From positions 11,542 through 75,541 of the forward strand of contig JACPKR010000003.1 of NCBI GenBank assembly GCA_016186945.1: a stretch of 64,000 nt of DNA. Direction: 5' to 3'. A program made the translations under genes and the position numbers. The notes beneath the pieces are model-generated. The model was not told the DNA's origin. It searched no databases and worked only from the letters and a program-made list of their open reading frames with translations. Source of the stretch: Deltaproteobacteria bacterium. GTDB lineage: Bacteria > Bdellovibrionota_B > Oligoflexia > Oligoflexales > Bog-1112. Shown piece by piece: positions 35,291 to 45,582 of the stretch; position 1 is the stretch's first letter, and each line of letters opens with the position of its first letter.

Positions 35291-35949
35291 GCTGACCTCT
35301 TCAGTTGGTGTTCGATGCGGGCCTGGCTAAGCGCGCCTTTACGGATCCATGTGGCGACTCCTCCTGGCTTGATACGGATGATTGTGGAGGAGCGGCCTTC
35401 TTTCGCAGAGAAGAGGTCAAGTGGGGGTGTCCAAACGTCCTGGGCACCGCAGAATCGGGCTAAGTCATCTCCCCTAACGATAGGTTCTTCGCCTGCCTTG
35501 TTGACGCTCGTCGAAGGAAGGGGGAACGTGAGCGTCTTCAAAACTTCCGCAAGCCAAGCCTTCTCCTTCCCCAAAGAGGGACACCGCAGCGCCATCTCAC
35601 CCGTCGTGGACACAAGACATGGCGGAGTGCCAGCCTTCGCTTTCCACACTACGGTTAGCGACCCTGGCCATAATTCCGCGAGGACTTCGTTCCAAGGAGC
35701 GGGAAGGGCTTGCCAAAATGTTATCGCGTTCGCCAACGACGAGACCAGGCCAAGCATAGGCCGTCGCTCGGCCCACCCTTTGACGTTTCCCAGTTTCTCA
35801 ACAGCCTTTTCCTGAAACGGGTGGCAGGTCAAGCCTGGGATCGTATCAGTCGGGTGCAGGCAAATTTCACCGGCCTCCAAGTGCTGGATAAAAATGGATG
35901 AACGATCATTTATTGCGCTTGCCAAAAAAAAGATCCTCTCACAATGCAA
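35287..35949 (-). CDS. tsaC: Sua5/YrdC-family L-threonylcarbamoyladenylate synthase
   Basis: PTDTIPGL, WPGSLT, ALRCP and STSVNKAGE; the start codon is uncertain. Confidence 0.85.
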   Translation of the reverse strand: MHCERIFFLASAINDRSSIFIQHLEAGEICLHPTDTIPGLTCHPFQEKAVEKLGNVKGWAERRPMLGLVSSLANAITFWQALPAPWNEVLAELWPGSLTVVWKAKAGTPPCLVSTTGEMALRCPSLGKEKAWLAEVLKTLTFPLPSTSVNKAGEEPIVRGDDLARFCGAQDVWTPPLDLFSAKEGRSSTIIRIKPGGVATWIRKGALSQARIEHQLKRSA

Positions 35950-36101
35950 AAATTTCAGGGTTCAGGCCTTGCTAAACCTTCTCCAAGGAGCCTTGCAAGG
36001 CCCTGTATTTACGAAGGATTACCAGTTCAATGAAATGACAAAAAATTTAATAATGCTCGTGATTTATAATATAAGAGCAATCAAAAAACAATAATGTAGC
36101 A

Positions 36102-36159
36102 GTAACCCGTTCTTGGAGGAACCAGCTGCGCAGTTTCCTCCAAACCACCTCCTTGCCGT
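36102..36159 (-). repeat. Family A internally deleted derivative
   Basis: GTAACCCGT (matches the TIR variant of the 44384 copy) fused to the core ending CCTTGCCGT. Confidence 0.82.
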
Positions 36160-36183
36160 ACGTGCAACAAGCGAAGGGTCGTT

Positions 36184-37158
36184 GTGGAAATTCGAAAGCC
36201 TCTTTGGCCTAACCAGCATTGTATTCTAATCAGCCACAATACTGAGACCTTTTATCTCATAAGAAAAATTGCTCTTACGACTCGATGGGAACTCGTGAAA
36301 ATGACTCCTTTTGTTGAGGAGGCCATCACCGAGGTTTACGAGAATCGCGCCTTCTTGGTGATTGTTGATGATGAAGAGGCCTATCCTGCCCCCTTAACCA
36401 TTCGACGCTTGTCACGAGAACCAAAACTCCTTGCCACGCCCATCCTTTGCACTCTTAATCCCGCTCACCGCGGCGAGCAGAATATCCTCTCCGAGCTTGG
36501 CAACGTCGATGTCGTTCTCAAACCGGTCACACCCACGATTTTCCTTCCCCGACTCACCCATCTCATCAAATTCTGGCAAGCGAGTCCCTACTACAATCTC
36601 AGGGTCGCTGCTAACAGTCTGGGACGCGACCCTTCGCGAGACGATTTCGACCGCTTGCTCACGCTGCTTCCCATTCACGAAACCCATCCTTTGCTCGTCT
36701 CTATCACTGCCTTACTACTGGCTAGCAAGCAATTCATAAGCCAGGCTGAAAAGCTTCTGCTGAGAGCGATCGAGAAAGATCCTTCTCGACCTTTGCCCAT
36801 TATAAGCTTGGCACATATATATCTTCACCACGCAATGCCAGCAGAGGCGCTGAAATTGCTCAATGCGCTCTCCCGCAAATACGACGACACACTCTTTGCT
36901 TTTTGCGACCTGATTCAGGCGAATCTTATGGAAGGCGACATCTCAAATATATTGAAAGTCTTAATGCATGGACTCAAGCGTGAGTTTAGCATCCCCGTCC
37001 TCCCCTCACTGTTCGCAAGCTACGCAATCGCCGGTCGGCAAGATGAAACCCTGAAAAAGTATTTAAAACCCTACTGGGATCTGTATAAAAAAATGAAAGC
37101 GAGTTGGCTTCCTTGGGACAAGCCCGAAGGTCCCGGACTCGTCCAAACCAAAACATGA
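36184..37158 (+). CDS. Atypical receiver-like domain plus TPR-like protein
   Basis: LVIVDD, TPIL and VVLKP pattern of a REC fold; AEKLLLRAIEKDPSRP TPR-like helices. Confidence 0.6.
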   Translation: MEIRKPLWPNQHCILISHNTETFYLIRKIALTTRWELVKMTPFVEEAITEVYENRAFLVIVDDEEAYPAPLTIRRLSREPKLLATPILCTLNPAHRGEQNILSELGNVDVVLKPVTPTIFLPRLTHLIKFWQASPYYNLRVAANSLGRDPSRDDFDRLLTLLPIHETHPLLVSITALLLASKQFISQAEKLLLRAIEKDPSRPLPIISLAHIYLHHAMPAEALKLLNALSRKYDDTLFAFCDLIQANLMEGDISNILKVLMHGLKREFSIPVLPSLFASYAIAGRQDETLKKYLKPYWDLYKKMKASWLPWDKPEGPGLVQTKT

Positions 37159-40100
37159 TTTCTGTTTTCAAGAACATTTTTATCATTCTCATCTCCCTCT
37201 TTCTCATTTTAGTGGGCCTCGATTTTGTAATTGACAATCCTTACACTCAAAAATTCTTCAGGGCCTATATTTCTGATATCGTGGAAAAGGAGTCTAACTT
37301 AGCACTCGACTTTGAGGGTTTGGAAATTGGTTTAGTCCCGCTCCAACTCGATTTTTTTGGGCTTACCCTATCCGTGAAAACAGAACAACCTGCGCCTCCC
37401 CTTGCGACAGCTACACAATTGAAGGTGACCGTCTCGCTGATTTCTTTGTTCTTCGCACGTCCAAACTTCCTTGACATTGACATTGACGGGCTAAATCTGA
37501 AATGGCCTCCAGGGGCACCCCTTTCTCCTTTGCGAGGACCTGACGAAACTTCAGAACTGGCCCCGCTCATTCCGATCGGACAGGTTCATATTTCCAACTC
37601 ACAGTTCCTTTTCGATTTTGCTCCCGGAGAAACAAGCGTCTCCAGCGTGAATCTGTCGGGAGTTAACATAGTGGGGTCTTTCGAGAGATGGGATGATTTT
37701 CAAGCATCACTCTCCGCCATGTCCGTCAATTTAACAGTCGATGATAAGGAAATTCTCTCCGGGACCAGGCTTCTCATCTCTCAACTTACATTTACCGGAC
37801 ATGAATTTGATCTGCGACACCTCCTTGTGAAGGACAATTCCTTCTCGCTTCAAGGAGGGATCAACGGCTTCCTTGGCTTCGAACACGACAAGCTGAGAAG
37901 CGTCAAGCTCGACGCTAACCTTGACGCTGACGCTGATCTTAGGATTCTCGACCATTGGTTCGACATGAAAAAAACTTCTGGTGGCGCCAAGGCGAAGGTG
38001 CATTTTTATGCGCACGTTCCTGTGGATTATCCCGGCGACACAAGTTTCGTAGCGGAAGGTGAAGCAGAGGCTATTGACGCATATTTGGCAGGCAACCGTA
38101 TCTACAACGCGCGCTCTTTTTTCAAATTGGATAACGAGAAAGTAGCGTTTGATAATCTAGAGTTAAAGGTCGGTGACAAAAATCACGCGAATTTAGTGGG
38201 AGAGATTGTCTTTAGCAAGCAGGTCGATTTCGAATTTCACGGCAAAGCATGGGACCTTCCCCTAACCCAGATTGTGTCATCCTTCGATGAAGACCTGACC
38301 GTTATTGACTTTATCGCGAATACGGACACGGTTCATTTCAAGGGGACTGGCTCCCCCTTTTCCATGGAGCTTTGGGCAGACGGTGAGTTAACTGATCTGC
38401 ATTTCCCCGAACTTCCGATCAAACCTGACATCTATAGACGCCGGCCTTCATGTCGGGTTCAAGCCCATCTTTTTTTCACGGAGTACCTGCTCGACTTCAA
38501 GGACACGGAAGGCGTCTGTTACATTCCTCCCGAGAAACTTCACCCGCAAGCCAAGCCTGATCGAATGCGTGCTCCTGAGGGAGCATTGTTTGCCAGCTCG
38601 GTCAGTGTGCGCGATATCATCCATTTTCGCGATGGTCCGAATATGAAGATTTTCGGGGTCAATGCCGACCTTGGTTTGAGCCAGAGCTTTTTTCAGGTCG
38701 ATCTTAACGGAGTCGGTGATGTCGAGACGCATATTGTAGAAGAGAACAAAGAAGTTCGCGTCATTAATTCGTTCGATGTTCATTCACTTGCATTTCAAAA
38801 GGTCTTTCTTGGCGATGCAAAGGGAACTTTGACCGTCGTCAAGGACCATATGTTCTGGGACGATGTTTCCATAGAGAAGGGGGACCGAACATTCTATGGG
38901 GAACATGGTCGCTATCTTTGGAAGGAGGATAGGCTCCAATTCTCGGTCGAGGGTGCCCATCTTAGTGCGGCAGACATCGAACTGTTTTCCGCCATTGCTC
39001 GTGAGGAGGGCATTCAACCGTATTCCTTTGCCATCGACTCATTCCGTGGGACCTTCGACATACCGGTTAAGGATCCCTGGCATTCTCGAAACAGCCTAGA
39101 AATGAAACTGAGCGACGTCTTCTTCAAAGAGAATTTGTTGGCTACAGGTATCAATGCAACGGTCCTCCATAACGGGAATGAATTTCGCATCCCCAAGTGG
39201 ACTGTGAATTTTGGCTCTCTCTCCCTGACCGGTCAGGCCATTCTAAAGAAAGCCCGATTCGACTCCTTTTTGGCCGGAGATGACTTCCTTAACCTAACGT
39301 TTACCACAGCTAAAGTTGATGACCCCCGTGCCACAAACGGTTTGACTCAACTGGAGAAGATTCAGCCAATAAAGACATACCTTGACCCGCTGAAAATTGC
39401 CGGAATGGTTGACGTGACAGGGGAGCTAAGAGGCGAGATTGCCTCACTGAGCGGCCACTGGGAGGGAAGATTCTCAAGTTTAAAAATCAATCGCTTTCCC
39501 GTTTACCCTGTCAACTTTCAGGGTTTTCTGAACACGTCCCACCTGCAAGTCTATCTTAGCCAAAGCGGGAACAATCTGGTGGGTCGAATGGACGTTGATA
39601 TTTCCACGCCTGGTCAACCCTTTTCCTGGTACTTCAAACTGAAGCAATTCGACATGCGACCTTTCACCAAGGACTTCTTTTACCAGGACGCGCGCAATTT
39701 TGCATACCTGACAGCGAGCTGGGCTTTGGAGGGAAAGCTAGATCAATGGTGGCAAGCCAACGGGAAATTGATGATCGACGATCTGCGCATGAATATAGTC
39801 CCCCATGGTAGGGACCCTACCGTCAACCCTCTGGTGATTAGGAACACTGCCCCTGCTGTTTTGCTTTCATCATCGCGCGGGTGGGTGTTTGAAAATCCGG
39901 ACGGTCTTGAAATCGAAGGAGACGGCGTAACAGCGAATTTGCAACTCTCCGAGATGAATCGTCCTCCGGAATCCCTCGATATGCGTATCCATTCCGACCT
40001 CGACCTCCGTTTGTTGACACAGTTCTTTCCTGGCATACAATCAGCGACAGGCACCGTCAACGCCCGCACAAGGATCAGTGGAAGCGTCATAAACCCTAAC

Positions 40101-41339
40101 GTTGCAAGTAGCATTCGCAATGTTCCAGCGAAGGAAACAACGGGCACCCTACCCCTTTCACTCAACATCCCCACAATAAGCCCAGCAATCCAGGATATCG
40201 AAATTGATGCCAACTACTTAAATGGCATTCTTACAGTTAAAAAAGTGAGTGGGAAAAAAGGAAAGGGAATGTTCAAGATTGAGGGCCTTGTCAATTTGTC
40301 CTCGGAGCAGCAAAAACCAATGACGCTTGTGAATATAAAACTGGACAAACTCTCCCTCAATTATCCGCTTCCCTACCTGCGAATGATCCAGACTGTTCTT
40401 GACGGAGAGCTGACGGTCTCTGGTCTTGGAAAGCCCTTTGATGTTGCGGGAAACATCAACATAGTGTCGGCGCAGACAGAGCGGACCCTTGACACCAAAG
40501 CGGAAAACATCCGAGAGATCCCTATTGGCGATATGGTTCGGGGATTTCGGGAAGACGAAACGTCTTTTTTCAACTACAATATAGCTGTTGAGGGGACGCG
40601 AAGCATCCGCGTTCAGAACCCAGCAATGAATTTGATCATGTCGTCAGACATTGTCCTTAAGGGTACTAACGAGAAACCGATCATCGAAGGAATCTTTAAG
40701 GTAGATGAGGGAAAATTTAGATATCAGAGAGACTTCGTCATTTCCCGCGCCGAGCTTGTATTTGACAATCCCTTGCAAAACGACCCCAAATTGGACATCC
40801 TGGCAAGATCTGAATTCAATCCTTACACCATCACGGTTTATATTTCTGGCGAAGGAACCAAACCTCTGATCGACATCCATGTCGACCCACCGACAAAGGA
40901 AGACGGTAGCATCATCACCCGCCTGGATGCCATCATCCTCCTGTCGCAGGGGAAGCTTCCCGCAGCAGAGAGTCGTACCCAAGACACTCGCAACGTCGGC
41001 GTCATGACAGCCTTCAATTTGTATGCCAGCCAACTGCCCTTTCACAAGTTCAACGAACTGACAGGCCAACGGTACATTTCGCCCTATGTAAATTACACAA
41101 CAGACGAGCAGGGGAATCTTGTGCCTCAGCTCAACGTCCCCATTCACATTACAAATGTCATAGAAGCGGTGGTTCGGCAGATTCCCAACACTACCCTTTT
41201 GACTGTGGAATTTCCAATTCACCACAATATTTCAGTATCTGGCAATGCTTCGTCTACACAGAGACGAACTGACGTTATACAAGAGGAAAGTCAGTTTCAA
41301 AGTGGGATAGACATGCGATTCGCCTTCCCCTTCAAGTAG
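37155..41339 (+). CDS. tamB: Translocation/assembly module TamB-like protein
   Basis: N-terminal TM anchor, long beta-rich body, C-terminal DUF490-like region (GTNEKP.IEG, FDNP..NDPKLDI); adjacent to an Omp85 gene. Start set at ATG 37155. Confidence 0.8.
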   Translation: MISVFKNIFIILISLFLILVGLDFVIDNPYTQKFFRAYISDIVEKESNLALDFEGLEIGLVPLQLDFFGLTLSVKTEQPAPPLATATQLKVTVSLISLFFARPNFLDIDIDGLNLKWPPGAPLSPLRGPDETSELAPLIPIGQVHISNSQFLFDFAPGETSVSSVNLSGVNIVGSFERWDDFQASLSAMSVNLTVDDKEILSGTRLLISQLTFTGHEFDLRHLLVKDNSFSLQGGINGFLGFEHDKLRSVKLDANLDADADLRILDHWFDMKKTSGGAKAKVHFYAHVPVDYPGDTSFVAEGEAEAIDAYLAGNRIYNARSFFKLDNEKVAFDNLELKVGDKNHANLVGEIVFSKQVDFEFHGKAWDLPLTQIVSSFDEDLTVIDFIANTDTVHFKGTGSPFSMELWADGELTDLHFPELPIKPDIYRRRPSCRVQAHLFFTEYLLDFKDTEGVCYIPPEKLHPQAKPDRMRAPEGALFASSVSVRDIIHFRDGPNMKIFGVNADLGLSQSFFQVDLNGVGDVETHIVEENKEVRVINSFDVHSLAFQKVFLGDAKGTLTVVKDHMFWDDVSIEKGDRTFYGEHGRYLWKEDRLQFSVEGAHLSAADIELFSAIAREEGIQPYSFAIDSFRGTFDIPVKDPWHSRNSLEMKLSDVFFKENLLATGINATVLHNGNEFRIPKWTVNFGSLSLTGQAILKKARFDSFLAGDDFLNLTFTTAKVDDPRATNGLTQLEKIQPIKTYLDPLKIAGMVDVTGELRGEIASLSGHWEGRFSSLKINRFPVYPVNFQGFLNTSHLQVYLSQSGNNLVGRMDVDISTPGQPFSWYFKLKQFDMRPFTKDFFYQDARNFAYLTASWALEGKLDQWWQANGKLMIDDLRMNIVPHGRDPTVNPLVIRNTAPAVLLSSSRGWVFENPDGLEIEGDGVTANLQLSEMNRPPESLDMRIHSDLDLRLLTQFFPGIQSATGTVNARTRISGSVINPNVASSIRNVPAKETTGTLPLSLNIPTISPAIQDIEIDANYLNGILTVKKVSGKKGKGMFKIEGLVNLSSEQQKPMTLVNIKLDKLSLNYPLPYLRMIQTVLDGELTVSGLGKPFDVAGNINIVSAQTERTLDTKAENIREIPIGDMVRGFREDETSFFNYNIAVEGTRSIRVQNPAMNLIMSSDIVLKGTNEKPIIEGIFKVDEGKFRYQRDFVISRAELVFDNPLQNDPKLDILARSEFNPYTITVYISGEGTKPLIDIHVDPPTKEDGSIITRLDAIILLSQGKLPAAESRTQDTRNVGVMTAFNLYASQLPFHKFNELTGQRYISPYVNYTTDEQGNLVPQLNVPIHITNVIEAVVRQIPNTTLLTVEFPIHHNISVSGNASSTQRRTDVIQEESQFQSGIDMRFAFPFK

Positions 41340-41345
41340 GGCTTG

Positions 41346-44300
41346 ATGAAACATATTGTATCTATAGTGTTCAAGACAATCAATTTGGGGACAAACTTTT
41401 TGAAAAAAGTTATTTCCCCAAACCCCTTTTCAAAAACTTCAATATCTAAAGTTTTTTGGGTGCTCATGTTCGCAAACAACGCGATCGGAAGCGATCTCGT
41501 CAAATCGTTCCCCCTGGATGATTATAAGAACAAGAGCATTCTGGAACAGCGTTACAAATCTGTCGCGACCCTTTCTGATCTGAGCCGACTATTCAAAGAT
41601 ATCGAAAAATCGAGCAACATTTCCAAACTCGAACTGCACCGTGAAGGTGATCAATTCCACTGGGTTCACACACTCGCACATCCTATCCGCGACATAAAAA
41701 TCAAAACAAGCATCCGATTTAGAGAATTCACTCAAATCATCCGTAACAAATATGTGGGACGGATGAATTCGCTCCACCTCCAAGGCGTGCTCGTCTCGGA
41801 AATTTTGGAAAATTTTGAACGCATCGGATACCCCCATGCGCAGGCGAACTTATCCATCCTGGATGAAGATGGCTTTGCGGAATATGTTGTCGAAGTATGG
41901 CCAGGACTATCCTGCATCATTGCGGATGTTCAAGCTCCCGAGTCGCCCCATGCTGAAGTCTCCCTGGAGATCGGTCCCGGCGACCGTTGCGACATTAATC
42001 AAATCAAGGCTGCTGTCGAAAACTATGAACGCAAACTTATAGAGGAAGGATTTCAACAGGCTTCCCTTGAACTTGAGCCCCTCCAGTATTCCCGAAACAG
42101 AACCGTTCTCAACGTTCATATCCGAGGAGTCATCGGAAAAAAAATCGATTACCTGTTCATCGACGAGTCGAAAATCTTTTTCGGCAGCGCTATAGAAGAA
42201 GATATGATCCAATATTTTCGAGAAAATTTTTCCGATCCCAGGCAGGTGCGGGTCACATTGATAGACTATTTCAAACGCAAAGGCTACGACTTTGTAAGTG
42301 TCAAAGGCCCGTACCTTCAAAAGGAAAGTGATGACTTTCTAACCTATATATTTCTTGTAAACCCAGGCATAGCGTTCAAAGTTTCCGACATGCAGATAGA
42401 AGGTAACAGCCACCTCTCGACGGAAGACATCAAGGCCGCCATTGATTTTCAGAGCTTCTGGGAAAGCCTACCGATCATCGGTAAGGAAAAGTCCTATGAG
42501 GACATTTCCAAAGACATCCAACATTTCTACCATTCGAAAGGCTTCTGGAAAGCGACTGTCCAGCATTCACACACATCCTTTGACAGAGTTTCCAAATCCG
42601 CAAGAATGAATATTCTGATAGACGAAGGACTGCCCCACATGTTCCGTTCCCTCACGATTACGGGCAATCAAAATATTGATGAGGGTGATATCAGAAAACT
42701 GTTCCCTGCCCACGAGGGCGACCCACTCTTACAAAATCAATTGATCGACTTCGAATACTCTGTCCAGTCAAAATATTTCGAGCAAGGTTTCATTGAAAGT
42801 AAAGTTGCGACAAAGGTCGATACGTTCATTCAAAAAGAGACCGTCGCGACAGATGTAACCCTGCTCATAACGGAAGGCCCCCTCGTCCGCATCGGCACGA
42901 TCACTATCAAGGGATTGGTTGACACGAGGGAACCCGTCGTGCGAAGGGAGCTTCTCTTCAGTTCAGGTGACACTTTCAACCAAGAATTGATTAACCAAAG
43001 CAGAACAGCTTTAGTAAACCTAGGCATATTTTCTTCGGTTGCGATCGAGCGTTCCGAAATCAAACAGCACGATTCAACTCATGAAATCGACATCGTCATT
43101 CGTGTCAAAGAAGGAGACCCTGGCCGTGTCAAATTCGGCCCCGGCTTCAATCTGACCCGAGGGCTTCAATACGTGGGGGAAATCTCCTATAACAATCTTG
43201 GAGGAACAGGACGAAGGGTTAACGTGCGCGCAGCCGTCAGCGAAGAAAGGCAGCAGCAGTCCATCAGCGATCTTACGGATAAAGAAGGCAAGACACTCTT
43301 GGGACGTAAAGTCGGGCTTGGTTTTACAGAACCATACCTTCTCAATCTTCCCGTGCATGGTAATATCTCACTCTACCACCAGGCTATCGCTGATGACGTC
43401 TGGAAGTTGAGCAACTCAATTGAATTGTCCCTTTCCCATCATTTTTCACCTGATATTTTTATCGGTTCAGTCACACCGTTTTATCGTTTCAGCAGATTGC
43501 GGGATGAAGGGACAAGGGAGCAAAGGGACAGCTTGATTACCACCGGCAGTTCCGACATTGGAGCGTTGGGGGTTCGCTACAGACTGGACCGTCGAGACAG
43601 CTTGCTGTGGCCTACAAAAGGTTTCCTTTTCAACATCGAGGCCAGTTGGGCCCGTTACAACTTTTTCGGTCAGTACCGCTACTTCAAATGGCATCTCAGC
43701 TCAAGCCAGTATTTTGAACTCATGAATGACCTTGTCTTTGCATTCGGCATTGGCATTACCTCTTACGAAAGGGTACTGAGAAGGGGAGCCAATGCGGAAA
43801 CAGTCGACGTCTTGCCTGCAAACAATCGTTTGCTCGCAGGAGGCAGTAACGAAGTCAGGGGCTTCGACCACCAACTGGGACCTTATGTCCTAACCAAACG
43901 GACCGACCCTAGCAGCCAGACAGTCACGTATGATCGGGAGCCGCCCTTAGGTGGCTCAAAACGTCTCATTTTGAAATCGGAGTTACGACGTCAAGTCGTG
44001 CCGAACCTACTCGCGTTGTCCACCTTTCTCGACATTGGCAACAGCTTTTTCTCTCTTGATGAGGAAGATAAATTTAATAAGCGTTTCAGCGAATCTAAAA
44101 CTGCACAGACGGAACGAAGCATGGAAGACAATTTCAGCTACGACTTCTCCGAGCTTGTCACGCACCCCGAATACATACTGCTCAAGAATTATCAGTCATA
44201 CGGCCTCGCGCTTAACCTTCTCACCCCACTAGGTTCTTTCAATGCAGCCGTAGCACTTCCGCTGCGAGAACCTTCTAGCGATAGATGTCGTGGCGAAGGT

Positions 44301-44381
44301 ATCTGCTTTCAGAGAGCGAAAGATAAAGAGCTGTGGTTTCAAAAATTCAAAGTTGAGTTGAACATAGGAGCAGAGTTTTAG
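41346..44381 (+). CDS. tamA: Omp85-family (TamA/BamA-like) outer membrane protein with POTRA repeats
   Basis: POTRA-like repeats (ITGNQNI, VVRRELLF), EISYNNLGGTG, AGGSNEVRGF, and terminal NIGAEF. Confidence 0.85.
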   Translation: MKHIVSIVFKTINLGTNFLKKVISPNPFSKTSISKVFWVLMFANNAIGSDLVKSFPLDDYKNKSILEQRYKSVATLSDLSRLFKDIEKSSNISKLELHREGDQFHWVHTLAHPIRDIKIKTSIRFREFTQIIRNKYVGRMNSLHLQGVLVSEILENFERIGYPHAQANLSILDEDGFAEYVVEVWPGLSCIIADVQAPESPHAEVSLEIGPGDRCDINQIKAAVENYERKLIEEGFQQASLELEPLQYSRNRTVLNVHIRGVIGKKIDYLFIDESKIFFGSAIEEDMIQYFRENFSDPRQVRVTLIDYFKRKGYDFVSVKGPYLQKESDDFLTYIFLVNPGIAFKVSDMQIEGNSHLSTEDIKAAIDFQSFWESLPIIGKEKSYEDISKDIQHFYHSKGFWKATVQHSHTSFDRVSKSARMNILIDEGLPHMFRSLTITGNQNIDEGDIRKLFPAHEGDPLLQNQLIDFEYSVQSKYFEQGFIESKVATKVDTFIQKETVATDVTLLITEGPLVRIGTITIKGLVDTREPVVRRELLFSSGDTFNQELINQSRTALVNLGIFSSVAIERSEIKQHDSTHEIDIVIRVKEGDPGRVKFGPGFNLTRGLQYVGEISYNNLGGTGRRVNVRAAVSEERQQQSISDLTDKEGKTLLGRKVGLGFTEPYLLNLPVHGNISLYHQAIADDVWKLSNSIELSLSHHFSPDIFIGSVTPFYRFSRLRDEGTREQRDSLITTGSSDIGALGVRYRLDRRDSLLWPTKGFLFNIEASWARYNFFGQYRYFKWHLSSSQYFELMNDLVFAFGIGITSYERVLRRGANAETVDVLPANNRLLAGGSNEVRGFDHQLGPYVLTKRTDPSSQTVTYDREPPLGGSKRLILKSELRRQVVPNLLALSTFLDIGNSFFSLDEEDKFNKRFSESKTAQTERSMEDNFSYDFSELVTHPEYILLKNYQSYGLALNLLTPLGSFNAAVALPLREPSSDRCRGEGICFQRAKDKELWFQKFKVELNIGAEF
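41362..41460 (+). mobile_element. Family B left 99 nt, in frame inside tamA
   Basis: CTATAGTGTTCAAGACAATCAATTTGGGGACAAAC...GTTTTTTGGG; encodes IVFKTINLGTNFLKKVISPNPFSKTSISKVFW. Confidence 0.92.
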
Positions 44382-44383
44382 AC

Positions 44384-44527
44384 GTAATGCGTAAGCCACC
44401 TGGGGCAAATAGGGAGGGGGGGGTTTGGGGGGGCGAGGGAAGCGTCGCCTCCCCCGGATTTCTTGGAGGAACCAGCTGCGCAGTTTCCTCCAAACCACCT
44501 CCTTGCCCCAAATGCCTTACGGGTTAC
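44384..44527 (-). mobile_element. Family A MITE, full length
   Basis: 8-bp TSD TTTTAGAC (44376-44383 and 44528-44535) containing the tamA stop codon. Confidence 0.95.
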
Positions 44528-44535
44528 TTTTAGAC

Positions 44536-45486
44536 TCAGCGTCCCCACCAATCCTTCGCATCCCAAACAAACACGGACGCGTTGTTGTAATCGTCTGGTT
44601 GCAGTGTGCTGACCCACAATCTGTTTTTCTCATCTACAAAAATGTCAGTCATTTTTTTAAGTTGTGACGGTAGGCTGATCTTTCCAACGGTCATCGAATC
44701 GAAGCAGCTATTAAACTTCACGACGCTGATCACATTGTTGACTTCGTTCCCCAGTAGGATCAGCCGCAGATCTTCCCTGACGGCAAGTCCGCGAACATTC
44801 CCAGCACTACCCAACCCATCTACGAAACAGGCATGTTCGAGAGAGCACTGAGTGGGGTAGTCTTTATCACAGAGCAGTGAAAAAAGGGGGAACGAGTCCC
44901 AACGACCCGCGAGGAAGACGCGCAGTCCCTCCGCTTTCCACCATGTCTCCGGAACACGGGCGGCCCCTCCAAATTTTAGACCCCCACTTTTGAGGAAGAC
45001 AGTCAAAAAACGTTTGCGAAGTTGGACGGTCTCGGTCCACGGGGCGGCCCCTCCTCGGTCTTTGGGGGGTGTTAGCAAATCCACAACGATCGAGCGTCGG
45101 GCAACAAGTTGGAACGTCTCATTGACTCCTGTCATTTCAACGGCATCGCCATCGAACAGCAAAAAACTGTGACCATTGGGAATGGGAAAGCTGTTCCCTA
45201 GGAGATAAGCTTCGAGAGGACCGGGTACCCTCTTCTGTTGTACAAGGGTTCCAAATCGCGCCTCTCTCGTCGTTCCCACCTCACGGACAGGGACCGTCAC
45301 AAAATAGTCCCGATCTGGAAACGCAAAGAGGCGATCATCCAGCAGCATAAGGCTTCGAATCGACTGTTCAATAGTTTCTATGGAATTTGCGCGATCCGGG
45401 AAAGGAATTAGCCTGCTCACCATCTTGGCAAAAGCACCTGATTCCCACAAGATGAATGATAGGAAAAGGAAAAAACGGATGCTCAT
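44536..45486 (-). CDS. Secreted hypothetical protein, possibly beta-propeller-like C-terminal half
   Basis: Signal peptide ending AFA; blade-like segments VRGLAVRED and DIFVDEKNRLWVS; CxxxxxxxC..xxC cluster. Confidence 0.65.
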   Translation of the reverse strand: MSIRFFLFLSFILWESGAFAKMVSRLIPFPDRANSIETIEQSIRSLMLLDDRLFAFPDRDYFVTVPVREVGTTREARFGTLVQQKRVPGPLEAYLLGNSFPIPNGHSFLLFDGDAVEMTGVNETFQLVARRSIVVDLLTPPKDRGGAAPWTETVQLRKRFLTVFLKSGGLKFGGAARVPETWWKAEGLRVFLAGRWDSFPLFSLLCDKDYPTQCSLEHACFVDGLGSAGNVRGLAVREDLRLILLGNEVNNVISVVKFNSCFDSMTVGKISLPSQLKKMTDIFVDEKNRLWVSTLQPDDYNNASVFVWDAKDWWGR

Positions 45487-45582
45487 GAATCGGTGCCCCC
45501 CCTCCCTAACGTCCTCACCCGATCATTACTGATATAATATCGGAGTTCCCTTAATAAATCTGAGTAGGAAAGGGGAAACAAG

